Part shown: piece after piece, positions 7,253 through 15,891 of the stretch | Layout of the letters: every line of letters begins with the position of its first letter | Numbering within the stretch: the first letter of the stretch is position 1 | Source of the DNA: Acaryochloris marina MBIC11017 | GTDB lineage: Bacteria; Cyanobacteriota; Cyanobacteriia; Thermosynechococcales; Thermosynechococcaceae | DNA: 32,000 nucleotides | NCBI RefSeq assembly: GCF_000018105.1 | Contig: NC_009925.1 | Coordinates: forward strand, 5,580,001-5,612,000 | Direction of reading: 5' to 3' | Position numbers and translations under genes: made by a program | The notes under the pieces: model-generated | Databases searched by the model: none | Told to the model about the DNA's origin: nothing | The model's input: only the letters and a program-made list of their open reading frames with translations

Positions 7253-8659
7253 TTATTTAACCTCCGGAGATACTAATTGAGTGCTCCTCGAAGCTAGTTG
7301 AATAGAGTTATTAGATACTTCAGTCACAACACCCATTTGTACCGTTGGCAAATGGACTCGGAAACAACTACCTACTCCAACTTGACTCTGAATAGTAATT
7401 TTGCCTTTATGGAGTTGAGCAATGGATTGAGCGATAGCCAACCCAAGGCCTAAGCCTCCTTGCCTGCGGGCTCGGTGTTTATCCACACGATAAAAGCGGT
7501 TAAAGATATATGGAATTTGCTCTTTAGAGATGCCTATTCCAGTATCTTCCACACTGATAATAGTGACCTGGTTAGTCCGAGCTACGGATAGAGTAACTGT
7601 CCCTCCAGAAGGGGTGTATGCTACAGCATTCCTTAACAAGTTTGAGAATAATCGAGCCAATTGCATGGCATCTCCAACTAATGTCATTGGAACTATGCCT
7701 TGGGTTACTAATGTAACCCCTTGCGTTTGGGCGGAAGGATCTAAAAAGTCGACTAGGTCTTTGAGGACTTCATCTAAAGCCACCCTAGTCCATTCGCGTC
7801 GGGCAGTGGGTACAGATGTATCTGTTCTCGCCAAAAAGAGTAGATCTTCAACTAAGCGGTTCATTTGTGCAGTTGCACTGGAAATAGCTGCAAGTTTTTT
7901 AGCATCTTTAGGATGAACCCTTTCTGGATGATTCATCATCACCTCAACAGATGTTTTGATTACTGTTAGAGGAGTGCGTAATTCATGGGAAGCATCAGCG
8001 GTAAACTGCTTCAGCCTCAAAAAGCTTTGCTCAACCGGCTTGAGTGAATATTCCGTTAGCCACAGCCCTCCTATCCCAACTAAACCTAGCGCAATTGTTC
8101 CTCCTACACCTAATCCCCACAGCAGTCTAAGCTGAGCTTTTTCAACAGGTGCAATGGACTGACTTGCCCGGATATACCCTTCTAGTAAGGGACGTTTTAA
8201 CGCATCGGCATCGCTATGAACTGAAATAGTAAAGGCACGAACCTGAAAAGACTTCTCTTCTCTTATGACTCGGACGACTATATTTTGTTCTCTCAGTTTT
8301 GGTGGCAAATGAAGGGTAATCGCCCCTTTCCGAGCCAATAATCGGCCATCTGCTGTAAACCATTCCAAACTATGGCGGTCTCGATTAAAGATATCGCGCC
8401 ACGGCACTTTATCTACTTTATCGAGATAGGGTTTACCTTCCTGTTTAATATCAGAGAGAGAAAGGGCTGCAGATTGGGCTAAAGTTTGTAATTCTGCATC
8501 AATTTGAGCGTAAAGTCGTCGACTAACGAAAACATAGACTTGTACGCTAAAAACGGCCAATATTGCTGCCATAACCAAGAGGTAAGACAGCAGTAAACGC
8601 CACCGTAATCCTTGAAAGAGAGGATTACGAAACCTGTTTAAGACGATAGCCAAAACCAT
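7253..8659 (-). CDS. Sensor histidine kinase (two TM segments, ~130-aa periplasmic loop, no room for a HAMP domain)
   Basis: H-box ADASHELRTPLT, N-box LLRNAVAYTP, G1 VEDTGIGI, G2 GGLGLGLAIA. TM1 is about residues 21-45 and TM2 about 178-201. The phospho-acceptor His is about residue 225, only ~24 aa after TM2. Confidence 0.9.
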   Translation of the reverse strand: MVLAIVLNRFRNPLFQGLRWRLLLSYLLVMAAILAVFSVQVYVFVSRRLYAQIDAELQTLAQSAALSLSDIKQEGKPYLDKVDKVPWRDIFNRDRHSLEWFTADGRLLARKGAITLHLPPKLREQNIVVRVIREEKSFQVRAFTISVHSDADALKRPLLEGYIRASQSIAPVEKAQLRLLWGLGVGGTIALGLVGIGGLWLTEYSLKPVEQSFLRLKQFTADASHELRTPLTVIKTSVEVMMNHPERVHPKDAKKLAAISSATAQMNRLVEDLLFLARTDTSVPTARREWTRVALDEVLKDLVDFLDPSAQTQGVTLVTQGIVPMTLVGDAMQLARLFSNLLRNAVAYTPSGGTVTLSVARTNQVTIISVEDTGIGISKEQIPYIFNRFYRVDKHRARRQGGLGLGLAIAQSIAQLHKGKITIQSQVGVGSCFRVHLPTVQMGVVTEVSNNSIQLASRSTQLVSPEVK

Positions 8660-9302
8660 AGACCGTTTGAATTAAATCATTGGGGGCTCCTGCCCCTTTC
8701 AATTTATGCCGTAACCCTTTGATATGGGCTTTCACCGTATCTTCTTCAGGTAAAACTTCATAAGCCCAAAGATGTTCCAGGATTTGGGCTCGACTGAATA
8801 CTCGACGCTTGTTTCTTAAAAAAAGCTCCAATAGACTATATTCTTTGGGTGTCAAAGCAATTATCTCTTCTTGAAAAAAGACCTCACAGGTATTGGGATT
8901 TAACTTTAGATCCTCCCATTCCAGGATAGGTGGCGAGGTCATGGGACCCCGACGCAAAAGGGCTCGAATCCTAGCAGATATTTCCTCTAACTCACAAGGT
9001 TTGACGACATAATCATCGGCACCTGCGTCTAGACCATCGACTTTATTGGCCGTGGTATCTCGAGCCGTCAGCATCAATACAGGAATATCCAAACCTTGTG
9101 CTCTCATCTGTCGACAAAAGGCCAAACCATCCATTTTAGGCAACATCACATCGAGCAAAACCAAGTCATAGGTAAACGCCTCTAGTAGTTCCCAGCCCAT
9201 TTCCCCGTCATGGGCAATATCTACTGCATAATGCTGATCCGTCAGATCTTCTGCCAATGCTTCTGCAATTCGCTCGTCATCTTCTACTAGTAGAAGCTTC
9301 AT
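8625..9302 (-). CDS. OmpR/PhoB-family response regulator
   Basis: The receiver domain shows LLVEDDERI and DLVLLDVMLPKMDG (acceptor Asp), LTARD and VVKP. The C-terminal winged helix shows LTPKEYSLLELFL..VKAHIKGLRHKL..YGFGYRL. The 3' end overlaps the kinase start by 35 nt. Confidence 0.9.
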   Translation of the reverse strand: MKLLLVEDDERIAEALAEDLTDQHYAVDIAHDGEMGWELLEAFTYDLVLLDVMLPKMDGLAFCRQMRAQGLDIPVLMLTARDTTANKVDGLDAGADDYVVKPCELEEISARIRALLRRGPMTSPPILEWEDLKLNPNTCEVFFQEEIIALTPKEYSLLELFLRNKRRVFSRAQILEHLWAYEVLPEEDTVKAHIKGLRHKLKGAGAPNDLIQTVYGFGYRLKQVS

Positions 9303-9371
9303 TCTGATTTTTCTCTCTTTGTCTCAATACCAAATGGGGAAGATCTAGCTACTCATCAGATGTCCCATACA

Positions 9372-9410
9372 GAAAACATTACGGCAAACTGGGTGTGCCG
9401 TAATGTTTTC
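9372..9410 (-). terminator. 15-bp hairpin downstream of the repeat-protein gene
   Basis: The arms gaaaacattacggca (9372-9386) and tgccgtaatgttttc (9396-9410) are perfectly complementary. The hairpin lies between the stop at 9449 and the response-regulator start at 9302. There is no clear U-tract on the minus strand. Confidence 0.45.
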
Positions 9411-9448
9411 TTATCAAAAAAGCAGATTCACTAAATGGGTGAACCGCT

Positions 9449-10708
9449 CTAGTTTGTTTGCAACATCTGCTGAACTTTAGTTCGCAAGGATTGGTCTTGG
9501 CGAACAGCCGCTAGGATTTGACTAAATCTCTGAGGCTCTAGTCCCTGAGAGCGAATTACCTTCTCTTGCTCAGCTTGTCCTTTTTTTTCAATGGCCTGAA
9601 TTTTGGTCATCGCTTGCTCAAAAGATTGCTTCTCTGCGTCAGTTGCGTCTACGGTTGGGCTGCTGGCTTGCTGCCCATTGTATAGTGCATTGAACTTATC
9701 TTGGCTAAGTCCTGACTGTCCGATCACTTGAGAAATTTCACCTTTAGTTGTTTTCTCAAGGGAACTTAACTGAGGTATAGCGGTTGCAAATTGCTTGAGC
9801 TCACTCTCAGAGATGGAGGATTGTTCTCCAGAAACAGATTCTGCTTCTGGCTTCAAAGCATCAGCACTGGGTGTAGTTTCAGGAGTACTGCTGGAGGGTT
9901 GATCGGTTTCAGAAGGCATTGCTCCTTCAGGGCTCGCTTCTTCTATAGGGGCTGCAGGAGTGGCACCCGTATCATCTGTAGGTTGCGCAGCTCCCCCTTC
10001 ACCGCCTTCAGGACCTGAAACGGGGGGAGTTACGGCTGGAGGGGTAACTGTAGGAGGCGTAACGGTGGGAGCTGACATCGCCGGAGTAGTGGCATCGGCA
10101 GGAGCATCACTGGCAGACGGATCATCAGCGGGTTGCTCTGCACCACCTTCTGCAGCAGCGTCCGTCTCATCAGTGGCCTTCATGGCGTCGTCGGTAGGAG
10201 CATCACTAGCAGATGGATCACCAGCAGGTTGCTCTGCACCGCCTTCTGCAGCAGCGTCTGTCTCATCAGTCGCTTCCACGGTATCTTCAGTAGGGGCATC
10301 ACTGGCAGTAGGTGTTTCGGTGGGCTGTTCTGCACCACCCTCTGCCGTACCTGTTGGTTCAGTTGCAGCATCAACTTCACCACTTGGAGCATCGCTCATG
10401 GCGGGAGAATCAGTGGTTTCTTCTGATACAGTCGCATCTGCAGGTGCGCTATCTGATGCTGAAGCATCTTCAGTACTTTCAGTTGCGGCTCCAGTGCATT
10501 GAGAGTTGAGAGGAAAATTCTTGCATAGAATTTTCAAAGCAGCAGGAGATAGCTCTTTAGGCGCTTCTGCTTCAGCTATTAACTGGGTAGATGAAAGAAG
10601 GGAAGATTGGCTGGCAACGCTAGGTAAGCTGGTCAAAACACTCATGCTTGCTAGACCGAGCAGCGTAGGGAAGATTTTCAAAGTTGAGACATACTTTTGA
10701 GTATTCAT
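9449..10708 (-). CDS. Exported acidic low-complexity repeat protein with DUF4168-like C-terminal domain
   Basis: It has a signal peptide (..LLGLASMSVLTSLPSVASQ) and a Cys pair, LCKNFPLNSQC. About 250 aa are rich in D, E, A, T, P and S, including 3 x 32-aa tandem repeats and a TVTPP x3 repeat. The C-terminal helical region (ELKQFATAIPQL.., FEQAMTKIQAIEKKGQAEQEKVIRSQGLEPQRFSQILAAVRQD) resembles DUF4168 (from memory). Confidence 0.75.
   Translation of the reverse strand: MNTQKYVSTLKIFPTLLGLASMSVLTSLPSVASQSSLLSSTQLIAEAEAPKELSPAALKILCKNFPLNSQCTGAATESTEDASASDSAPADATVSEETTDSPAMSDAPSGEVDAATEPTGTAEGGAEQPTETPTASDAPTEDTVEATDETDAAAEGGAEQPAGDPSASDAPTDDAMKATDETDAAAEGGAEQPADDPSASDAPADATTPAMSAPTVTPPTVTPPAVTPPVSGPEGGEGGAAQPTDDTGATPAAPIEEASPEGAMPSETDQPSSSTPETTPSADALKPEAESVSGEQSSISESELKQFATAIPQLSSLEKTTKGEISQVIGQSGLSQDKFNALYNGQQASSPTVDATDAEKQSFEQAMTKIQAIEKKGQAEQEKVIRSQGLEPQRFSQILAAVRQDQSLRTKVQQMLQTN
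10022..10066 (-). repeat. 15-nt x3 in-frame repeat encoding (T/A)VTPP
   Basis: The protein segment TVTPPTVTPPAVTPP (aa 215-229) corresponds to the DNA ggagttacggctggaggggtaactgtaggaggcgtaacggtggg. Confidence 0.8.
10085..10369 (-). repeat. 96-nt x ~3 tandem in-frame repeat
   Basis: The plus-strand strings ttgctctgcaccaccttctgcagcagcgtccgtctcatcagt (from 10133) and ttgctctgcaccgccttctgcagcagcgtctgtctcatcagt (from 10229) are 96 nt apart. The encoded units are A(A/T)(T/D)E(P/T)..AEGGAEQP..P(T/S)ASDAP.., at aa 114-145, 146-177 and 178-~208. Confidence 0.85.
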
Positions 10709-10934
10709 AGGTACTCCTAATCAAAATAGGTAACGAATGGTCTGGAGTGATCTGTAAAACTCAGCTCATTAGTGGTCTGAATGCTTATGTCCTGAAACAA
10801 AGCTATCTATTGCAATGATTGTCGACTTGACAATTACTCTGTTCAGGAAATTTGAATGCACACAACAGTCGGAAAGCTCAAAAAGCATTTGCTGATTGTG
10901 AAAAATAGTTAAGCAATCCTATTCCTAATAAAGG

Positions 10935-10968
10935 ATTCAACTGTTTCTTTGTACAGAAACAGTTGAAT
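10935..10968 (-). terminator. Rho-independent-type terminator of the lipoprotein gene
   Basis: A 14-bp perfect stem, attcaactgtttct with agaaacagttgaat, has a 6-nt loop. On the minus strand it is followed by CCTTTATT. It lies 22 nt after the stop at 10990. Confidence 0.55.
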
Positions 10969-10989
10969 AGAAAAATCTTGCTTCTAAAC

Positions 10990-11283
10990 CTAAGGGGCTT
11001 GAGGTTCAGTTGAATCTGTTGCATCAGGCGCATCTGGAATTGCTGGGGCTTCAGCGTCAGGTACAGCAGGAATTCCAGATGCTTCGTCTGGGCTATCGCC
11101 AGGAACTGCATCAGGTGCTGGGGGATACTTGGGAGTTTCTGTATCGTCTAATTCTGCGCCACCCTGAGGAACTTCAGCTTCGCTCCCAGGCTGAGTTGGA
11201 GCATTTTCGCTAACTGTTTCGCAAGCGCCAAGGAATGTGGCTAGTCCTAAAGTTAGTAATGCTGGGATGAGTTTAAGTTTCAC
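10990..11283 (-). CDS. Small acidic proline-rich lipoprotein (97 aa from a GTG start)
   Basis: I re-called the start. GTG at 11283 is preceded by GGAGG with an 8-nt spacer (tggtGGAGGtatttgaaGTG). The N-terminus is (M)KLKLIPALLTLGLATFLGAC, with a lipobox LGAC. The rest is disordered and rich in P, D, E and A. The 40-aa extension in the 137-aa track ORF has no signal character. Confidence 0.55.
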   Translation of the reverse strand: MKLKLIPALLTLGLATFLGACETVSENAPTQPGSEAEVPQGGAELDDTETPKYPPAPDAVPGDSPDEASGIPAVPDAEAPAIPDAPDATDSTEPQAP

Positions 11284-11461
11284 TTCAAATACCTCCACCA
11301 AAGTGATAAAACAGAGCTTCTTTAGAACTCTTTCAAATACTGAGGATAAATTTAAAGTGTGAAGAAATTGGGAAATAGATGTACTTTCTTCTCCAAAACT
11401 CATGTGCTACTAGTCGCGTTTATCTATTTTTTTCTCCGATAAAACAGCTGTAGAAAGCCTT

Positions 11462-12406
11462 TTACGCTGTTGTAAGAGTGCGACGAGGAACTTGATAATT
11501 TAGAAAATCATAGGCCAATTCGGTATGGGGGAAGATAGCACTTGCTTCTGTTAAAAGCTCTTGCAAACCAGTTGCACTGTTTGGGGCATATCGAGGACTA
11601 AAGTGAGTGAGGAAGAGTTTTTTCGCTCCAGCGGCCTGGGCCACTTGAGCGGCCATTGTAGAGGTCGAATGCAAGCGTTGATAAGCTAATTCAGCTTCTT
11701 GATGGGAAAAGGTGGATTCATGAATGACTACATCGGCATCCCTAGACAACTCAACTGCCTCTGGACAATAAATTGTGTCGGTACAATAGGCAATTTTTCG
11801 TCCAATTTCTTTAGGGCCACAAAAATCTTGGCCAAAAAAAGTACGTCCATCGGGCAAAGTAATGCGTTCTCCCCGTTTTAGGCGTCCATAGAGAGGGCCT
11901 GCTGGTATTCCCATACTGATGGCTTTATCGGTATCGAAACGGCCAGGGCGATCGCATTCTTGTATCCGATAGCCAAAAGCTGGAACCCGGTGCTTCAAAG
12001 GCGCACAGACAACTGAGTAATCTTGATCCGAAAACACTTCTCCAGGTTGAACCGTATGAACTTGTATCGGGTAGGAGAAATGCGTTTGAGAATAGCGTCG
12101 ACACGCTTGCAAATATTCCTCTAAACCTGCAGGTCCGTAGATATCAATCCGTTCTGTATTACCAGCCAGACCACAGCTTGCTAATAACCCCATTAAGCCA
12201 AAAATATGGTCCCCATGCATATGGGTGATAAATATGCGTCTGAGTTGGCTGCTCTTCAACTCACTCCTCAACAGTTGGTGTTGAGTTCCCTCCCCACAGT
12301 CAAACAACCATATCTCCGCCCTTTGAGGCAATCGAAGGGCAACACTAGAGACATTGCGCGATCTCGTAGGCACTCCTGAACTTGTACCTAAAAAGGTAAT
12401 TTGCAA
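11462..12406 (-). CDS. rnz: Ribonuclease Z (tRNA 3' endonuclease)
   Basis: The N-terminus (M)QITFLGTSSGVPTRSRNVSSVAL is typical of RNase Z. The metallo-beta-lactamase motif HMHGDH is present. Length is 314 aa. The start is TTG. Confidence 0.9.
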   Translation of the reverse strand: MQITFLGTSSGVPTRSRNVSSVALRLPQRAEIWLFDCGEGTQHQLLRSELKSSQLRRIFITHMHGDHIFGLMGLLASCGLAGNTERIDIYGPAGLEEYLQACRRYSQTHFSYPIQVHTVQPGEVFSDQDYSVVCAPLKHRVPAFGYRIQECDRPGRFDTDKAISMGIPAGPLYGRLKRGERITLPDGRTFFGQDFCGPKEIGRKIAYCTDTIYCPEAVELSRDADVVIHESTFSHQEAELAYQRLHSTSTMAAQVAQAAGAKKLFLTHFSPRYAPNSATGLQELLTEASAIFPHTELAYDFLNYQVPRRTLTTA

Positions 12407-12539
12407 AACCCGACTATCCTTATACCTGATTTACCGTTTAGTCTATTTTCCCCGATTATTGTGACACCCCGGCAACCGGGCCACTATTGTCTCGCCAATA
12501 GTATTTGCTAGGCTGAAACCAATTCACACTCATGAACCT

Positions 12540-14393
12540 ATGCGTGATCACTACCTTGAACTCCTGGATCAGATTGTTGCAGATACGTTGAAAGGCAATA
12601 TTCGCTCCAAAGGGCAGATTTACCATACCTTAGAAGCTAAGATTGCCTCCGGAACTGGAGAACTCTTTGAAAGATGCTTACAAACACGCATAGATGAAAT
12701 CCAAGCACTGCTAGACGATGACGATGAACTTAAGCAAGCCAAAGCCATCCGTAAGCAAAGAGCCCTCAAGACCATCCAAGGTGAATGGGAACGATGGCAA
12801 AAGCAAAACCAGGGTAATACTATATTGACAAACCTGGTGCAGGCTTTGACCACAGCTCCTGCTGAACAGAGATTACAGCCCCTACTCAAGGTGTTTGATC
12901 CGAACCAAAAAGAAATCTTAACTGTAGAACAACTACATCAGCTACAAAAATTACTTGAGAAAGTGAGCCATCCCCCTAACGATCTAGAACCTTCTGTATC
13001 AACCGCTTTGTTAGAGATTGCGAGGGGGCTTCAACAAGGGCTGAGCTCATGGCAACAAATTGAGTCCCAAGTTGTGAATTGGATCTACAACCAGAGTCAA
13101 AGCAATCTTGGGTTTGGCAATGGGACTGAACAACAAGGACCCTGGAGTCATTGGGCCAAGACGGTCAATAGTCAATCCCTCCAGCAAGTCTTCATGGATT
13201 TGGCTCAGCATCAGGCAATTACAGAAGCAGGAATCGAACAACCGGTTCAAATTAGCGACTGGCTGGAATTGGCGCTTGTTCTGCAGAAACTGCAATCGAA
13301 CCTTGTCCGTTGGTTCGATCAGCAACCCTATGACGCCAAAGCAGGAAAACGTCTTTCCATCGCGACCTACTTAACCTTCACCATTGTTTGGGGACAACTT
13401 TCACAACGATTTCAACAATTAGGACAACCCATTCTGACTGAAGCCTGTTTTCAAATGGCATTGCAAGGGCTAGTCCAATTTGCTCAGCAATCCTACTTCC
13501 CCCTATACGGTGGATTATTTACCGCCCTATCCGGTGAATCATTACAAACCCTCCTAGACTATCTTGATAGTCCCTTGAAACAAACCCCTAACACTGGTAT
13601 AAAAGCTCGTATTCTCATTCTTTTGGGATATACACAACAAGCCCTTGGCCACTATGACCTAGCCCTCAAATTCCATGATCAGGCTCTGGAGATTGCCCGT
13701 ATTGCCCAAGATCTTCGTTGTGAAGTTGCCAGTTATAACCACTTGAGTCGAACCTATCTCACGCAACAGGACTTTTCTGAAGCGATTACCTGCAGCCAGA
13801 GAGCGTTAATTCTGGCTCGTCAAAGTGGAGATCGATTGGGGGAAGCGAATGCCCTTGCCAACTTTGGTTACAGTGAAGTTCTACAGATTCAGGCCGTAGA
13901 CCCCCTAGATTCCCAGCGATATGAACAAGTCCTTCCTTATCTGGAGCAAGGCTTACAACTTTCTGAACAGCTAGGGGATCGACCCAGCCAGGCGCTGTGT
14001 ACAAATAGCTTGGGTATTGTCCTCGTAATCATGGGTAAATATCAAGCGGCCATTCCAATCCTTGAGCAAGGAACCCGTATCGCTGAAGTCATTGGCGATC
14101 AATGGCTTGTCAGCCTCAATTATTGCTATTTAGCAGAGGCGTACCACGAACTCGAGAATATTGAAAAGGCTATCTACACCGGCAGCCTAGCCATGTATTT
14201 GATGTTCCAAATTGAATCCTCAACGTGGCGCCAACCCGCTGGCTTACTGAGTATTCTGTATGGGCAAATTGGTCCCGAAACCTTTCAAGAATACTTGAAT
14301 CAGCTTCGGAAGAAACTGCTCATGGTTATTGGAGTTGATGGTTATGAGTATTTACCAAAACTGTTAGCAGAATATCGACAATCCCTAGCTTGA
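12540..14393 (+). CDS. TPR-repeat protein with an uncharacterised ~350-aa N-terminal region
   Basis: 617 aa. The C-terminal half has repeated 34-aa TPR-like units (e.g. ALGHYDLALKFHDQALEIAR, DFSEAITCSQRALILARQSGD, GKYQAAIPILEQGTRIAE, ENIEKAIYTGSLAMYL). I recognise nothing in the N-terminal region. Confidence 0.8.
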   Translation: MRDHYLELLDQIVADTLKGNIRSKGQIYHTLEAKIASGTGELFERCLQTRIDEIQALLDDDDELKQAKAIRKQRALKTIQGEWERWQKQNQGNTILTNLVQALTTAPAEQRLQPLLKVFDPNQKEILTVEQLHQLQKLLEKVSHPPNDLEPSVSTALLEIARGLQQGLSSWQQIESQVVNWIYNQSQSNLGFGNGTEQQGPWSHWAKTVNSQSLQQVFMDLAQHQAITEAGIEQPVQISDWLELALVLQKLQSNLVRWFDQQPYDAKAGKRLSIATYLTFTIVWGQLSQRFQQLGQPILTEACFQMALQGLVQFAQQSYFPLYGGLFTALSGESLQTLLDYLDSPLKQTPNTGIKARILILLGYTQQALGHYDLALKFHDQALEIARIAQDLRCEVASYNHLSRTYLTQQDFSEAITCSQRALILARQSGDRLGEANALANFGYSEVLQIQAVDPLDSQRYEQVLPYLEQGLQLSEQLGDRPSQALCTNSLGIVLVIMGKYQAAIPILEQGTRIAEVIGDQWLVSLNYCYLAEAYHELENIEKAIYTGSLAMYLMFQIESSTWRQPAGLLSILYGQIGPETFQEYLNQLRKKLLMVIGVDGYEYLPKLLAEYRQSLA

Positions 14394-14484
14394 AGGATGC
14401 ATTCTACCACATTTTAAACAATGATTCCCCATTACAAAACGGAACACAAGTGTAAAGAAGTCAAGAAAAGAATTGATTTAGAAT

Positions 14485-15861
14485 CTAATAGTTTCGAGAA
14501 TAAGCAGAATATTGAAGATCCTTTAGATGAAGTTCACTAATCCGTTTATGCTGCCACTGTAGACCGATGATCATGATGATGAAGAGCATAAAACCTGGTT
14601 CTTCCATTTGAGAGAAAATCAAGCCATGGGCAAAAACCGTTAGCCAGCAAAACTTGGAGAAATCATCGCGACATAAGTAAAAGAAGACCAACATATACAA
14701 GAATAAATAGGATAATAGGCCAAATAGTCCTGTATCTCCCCAGATTCCTGCCCAACCAAACAAGGGTGAAAACATACTGGATTGATCTCCCAGCCAGCTT
14801 TCTCCAACAGCCCCCCAAACGGCACCACTCGCCGGATGAATACTAGAACCGAGTGGAGCTAGTAAATCTTCATACTCGCGCAACATCCAACCCCCAAGTC
14901 TGCCAACCGTATGGCCTGGACCAAGCCCTAAGAACATATTCAATGGAGACTCATAGAACGTAGGGATGATTCGCAAGGAAGCCATTTTTAGTAACGTGGC
15001 TTCACCATCAGAACCATATATTTCAGGTCTCATCCAAGTATTAAATGCACCAAAAGCAGGGACATTTTGAACACACCATAAGAAAATAACACCCAAGATA
15101 AGGCCAGGGATCAAATACTTGAGGGTTTCAATAATATCTTTCGTCTTCGAAAGAAATAAAATTCCACCCGCGATGATAAAGGTAAATAATACCTGCTTAG
15201 CATCTGCAAGGAGCATCCCCCAAAAAGTTGCAAACAGCACGGATATTCTCATCCAAGTCGGAGCTGCCTTAGCAAAGAAAAAATAATATAACCCAAAGGT
15301 TAACCCAACTGAAGCGCCAACAACGTGTCCTGAACCAGATTCATAAAATATTCCTTGCACATAATCTGGATTGCCGGCTTTAGGATGGCGTCCAAGCACG
15401 ATGAATAAAAAATACTGGCTGTATATCAGAAAAATATGAGTGAAGCAAAAACGGATCAGCCATTTCCGAATAAATTCATAACTCTGAATCGAGAGAGGAA
15501 TACTGGTTATCGCTAAAAGTAAAAGAAAGGGTTCCACTTTTAGTAGGTAATCAACTACTAAATTAATGATTCCAGCCTGGTTAATCAGAGCGCTAGCGGT
15601 CATGATGGTTAGATATACAAGTAGCCCCCCAATCACCAACCACGAAATATTGATCTGTTTAGGATCCTTGGACTTACTTTGTGAAATGGCCAGAATGCAA
15701 GCAAAAGGAACAGCGATAAAATGAAGAAAATTGAGTGGTTTGGGGACGCCTACACTGGTAATAATACGCGGTAGAAATGCTGTAGCAAAAGCCACAAGAA
15801 TCAGTGTAGACGTCCTATAATAATTTCGGCGCTTAGCACTCGTAAATTGATTTGCTCTCAT
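14485..15861 (-). CDS. O-antigen polymerase/ligase-like (Wzy-type) polytopic membrane protein
   Basis: 458 aa with at least 10 hydrophobic spans and one larger loop. It is the last gene of a glycosyltransferase operon, 30 nt after the preceding gene. The family call rests on architecture and context, not a recognised motif. Confidence 0.65.
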   Translation of the reverse strand: MRANQFTSAKRRNYYRTSTLILVAFATAFLPRIITSVGVPKPLNFLHFIAVPFACILAISQSKSKDPKQINISWLVIGGLLVYLTIMTASALINQAGIINLVVDYLLKVEPFLLLLAITSIPLSIQSYEFIRKWLIRFCFTHIFLIYSQYFLFIVLGRHPKAGNPDYVQGIFYESGSGHVVGASVGLTFGLYYFFFAKAAPTWMRISVLFATFWGMLLADAKQVLFTFIIAGGILFLSKTKDIIETLKYLIPGLILGVIFLWCVQNVPAFGAFNTWMRPEIYGSDGEATLLKMASLRIIPTFYESPLNMFLGLGPGHTVGRLGGWMLREYEDLLAPLGSSIHPASGAVWGAVGESWLGDQSSMFSPLFGWAGIWGDTGLFGLLSYLFLYMLVFFYLCRDDFSKFCWLTVFAHGLIFSQMEEPGFMLFIIMIIGLQWQHKRISELHLKDLQYSAYSRNY

Positions 15862-15891
15862 TGTTTTTAATAAAATAAAATCTAAAAAATC

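Noticed and set aside
7530-7916. 128-aa ORF antisense to the histidine kinase gene
   Set aside because: It is embedded opposite the conserved HATPase/DHp-coding region and has no motifs or RBS.
9960-10502. 180-aa plus-strand ORF (and ORFs 10133-10426, 10312-10509, 10180-10392) rich in Ala, Ser, Val and Gly
   Set aside because: It lies antisense to, or out of frame within, the 96-nt tandem-repeat region of the acidic protein gene. Stop-free alternative frames are expected from the repetitive GC-rich codon pattern. There is no start context.
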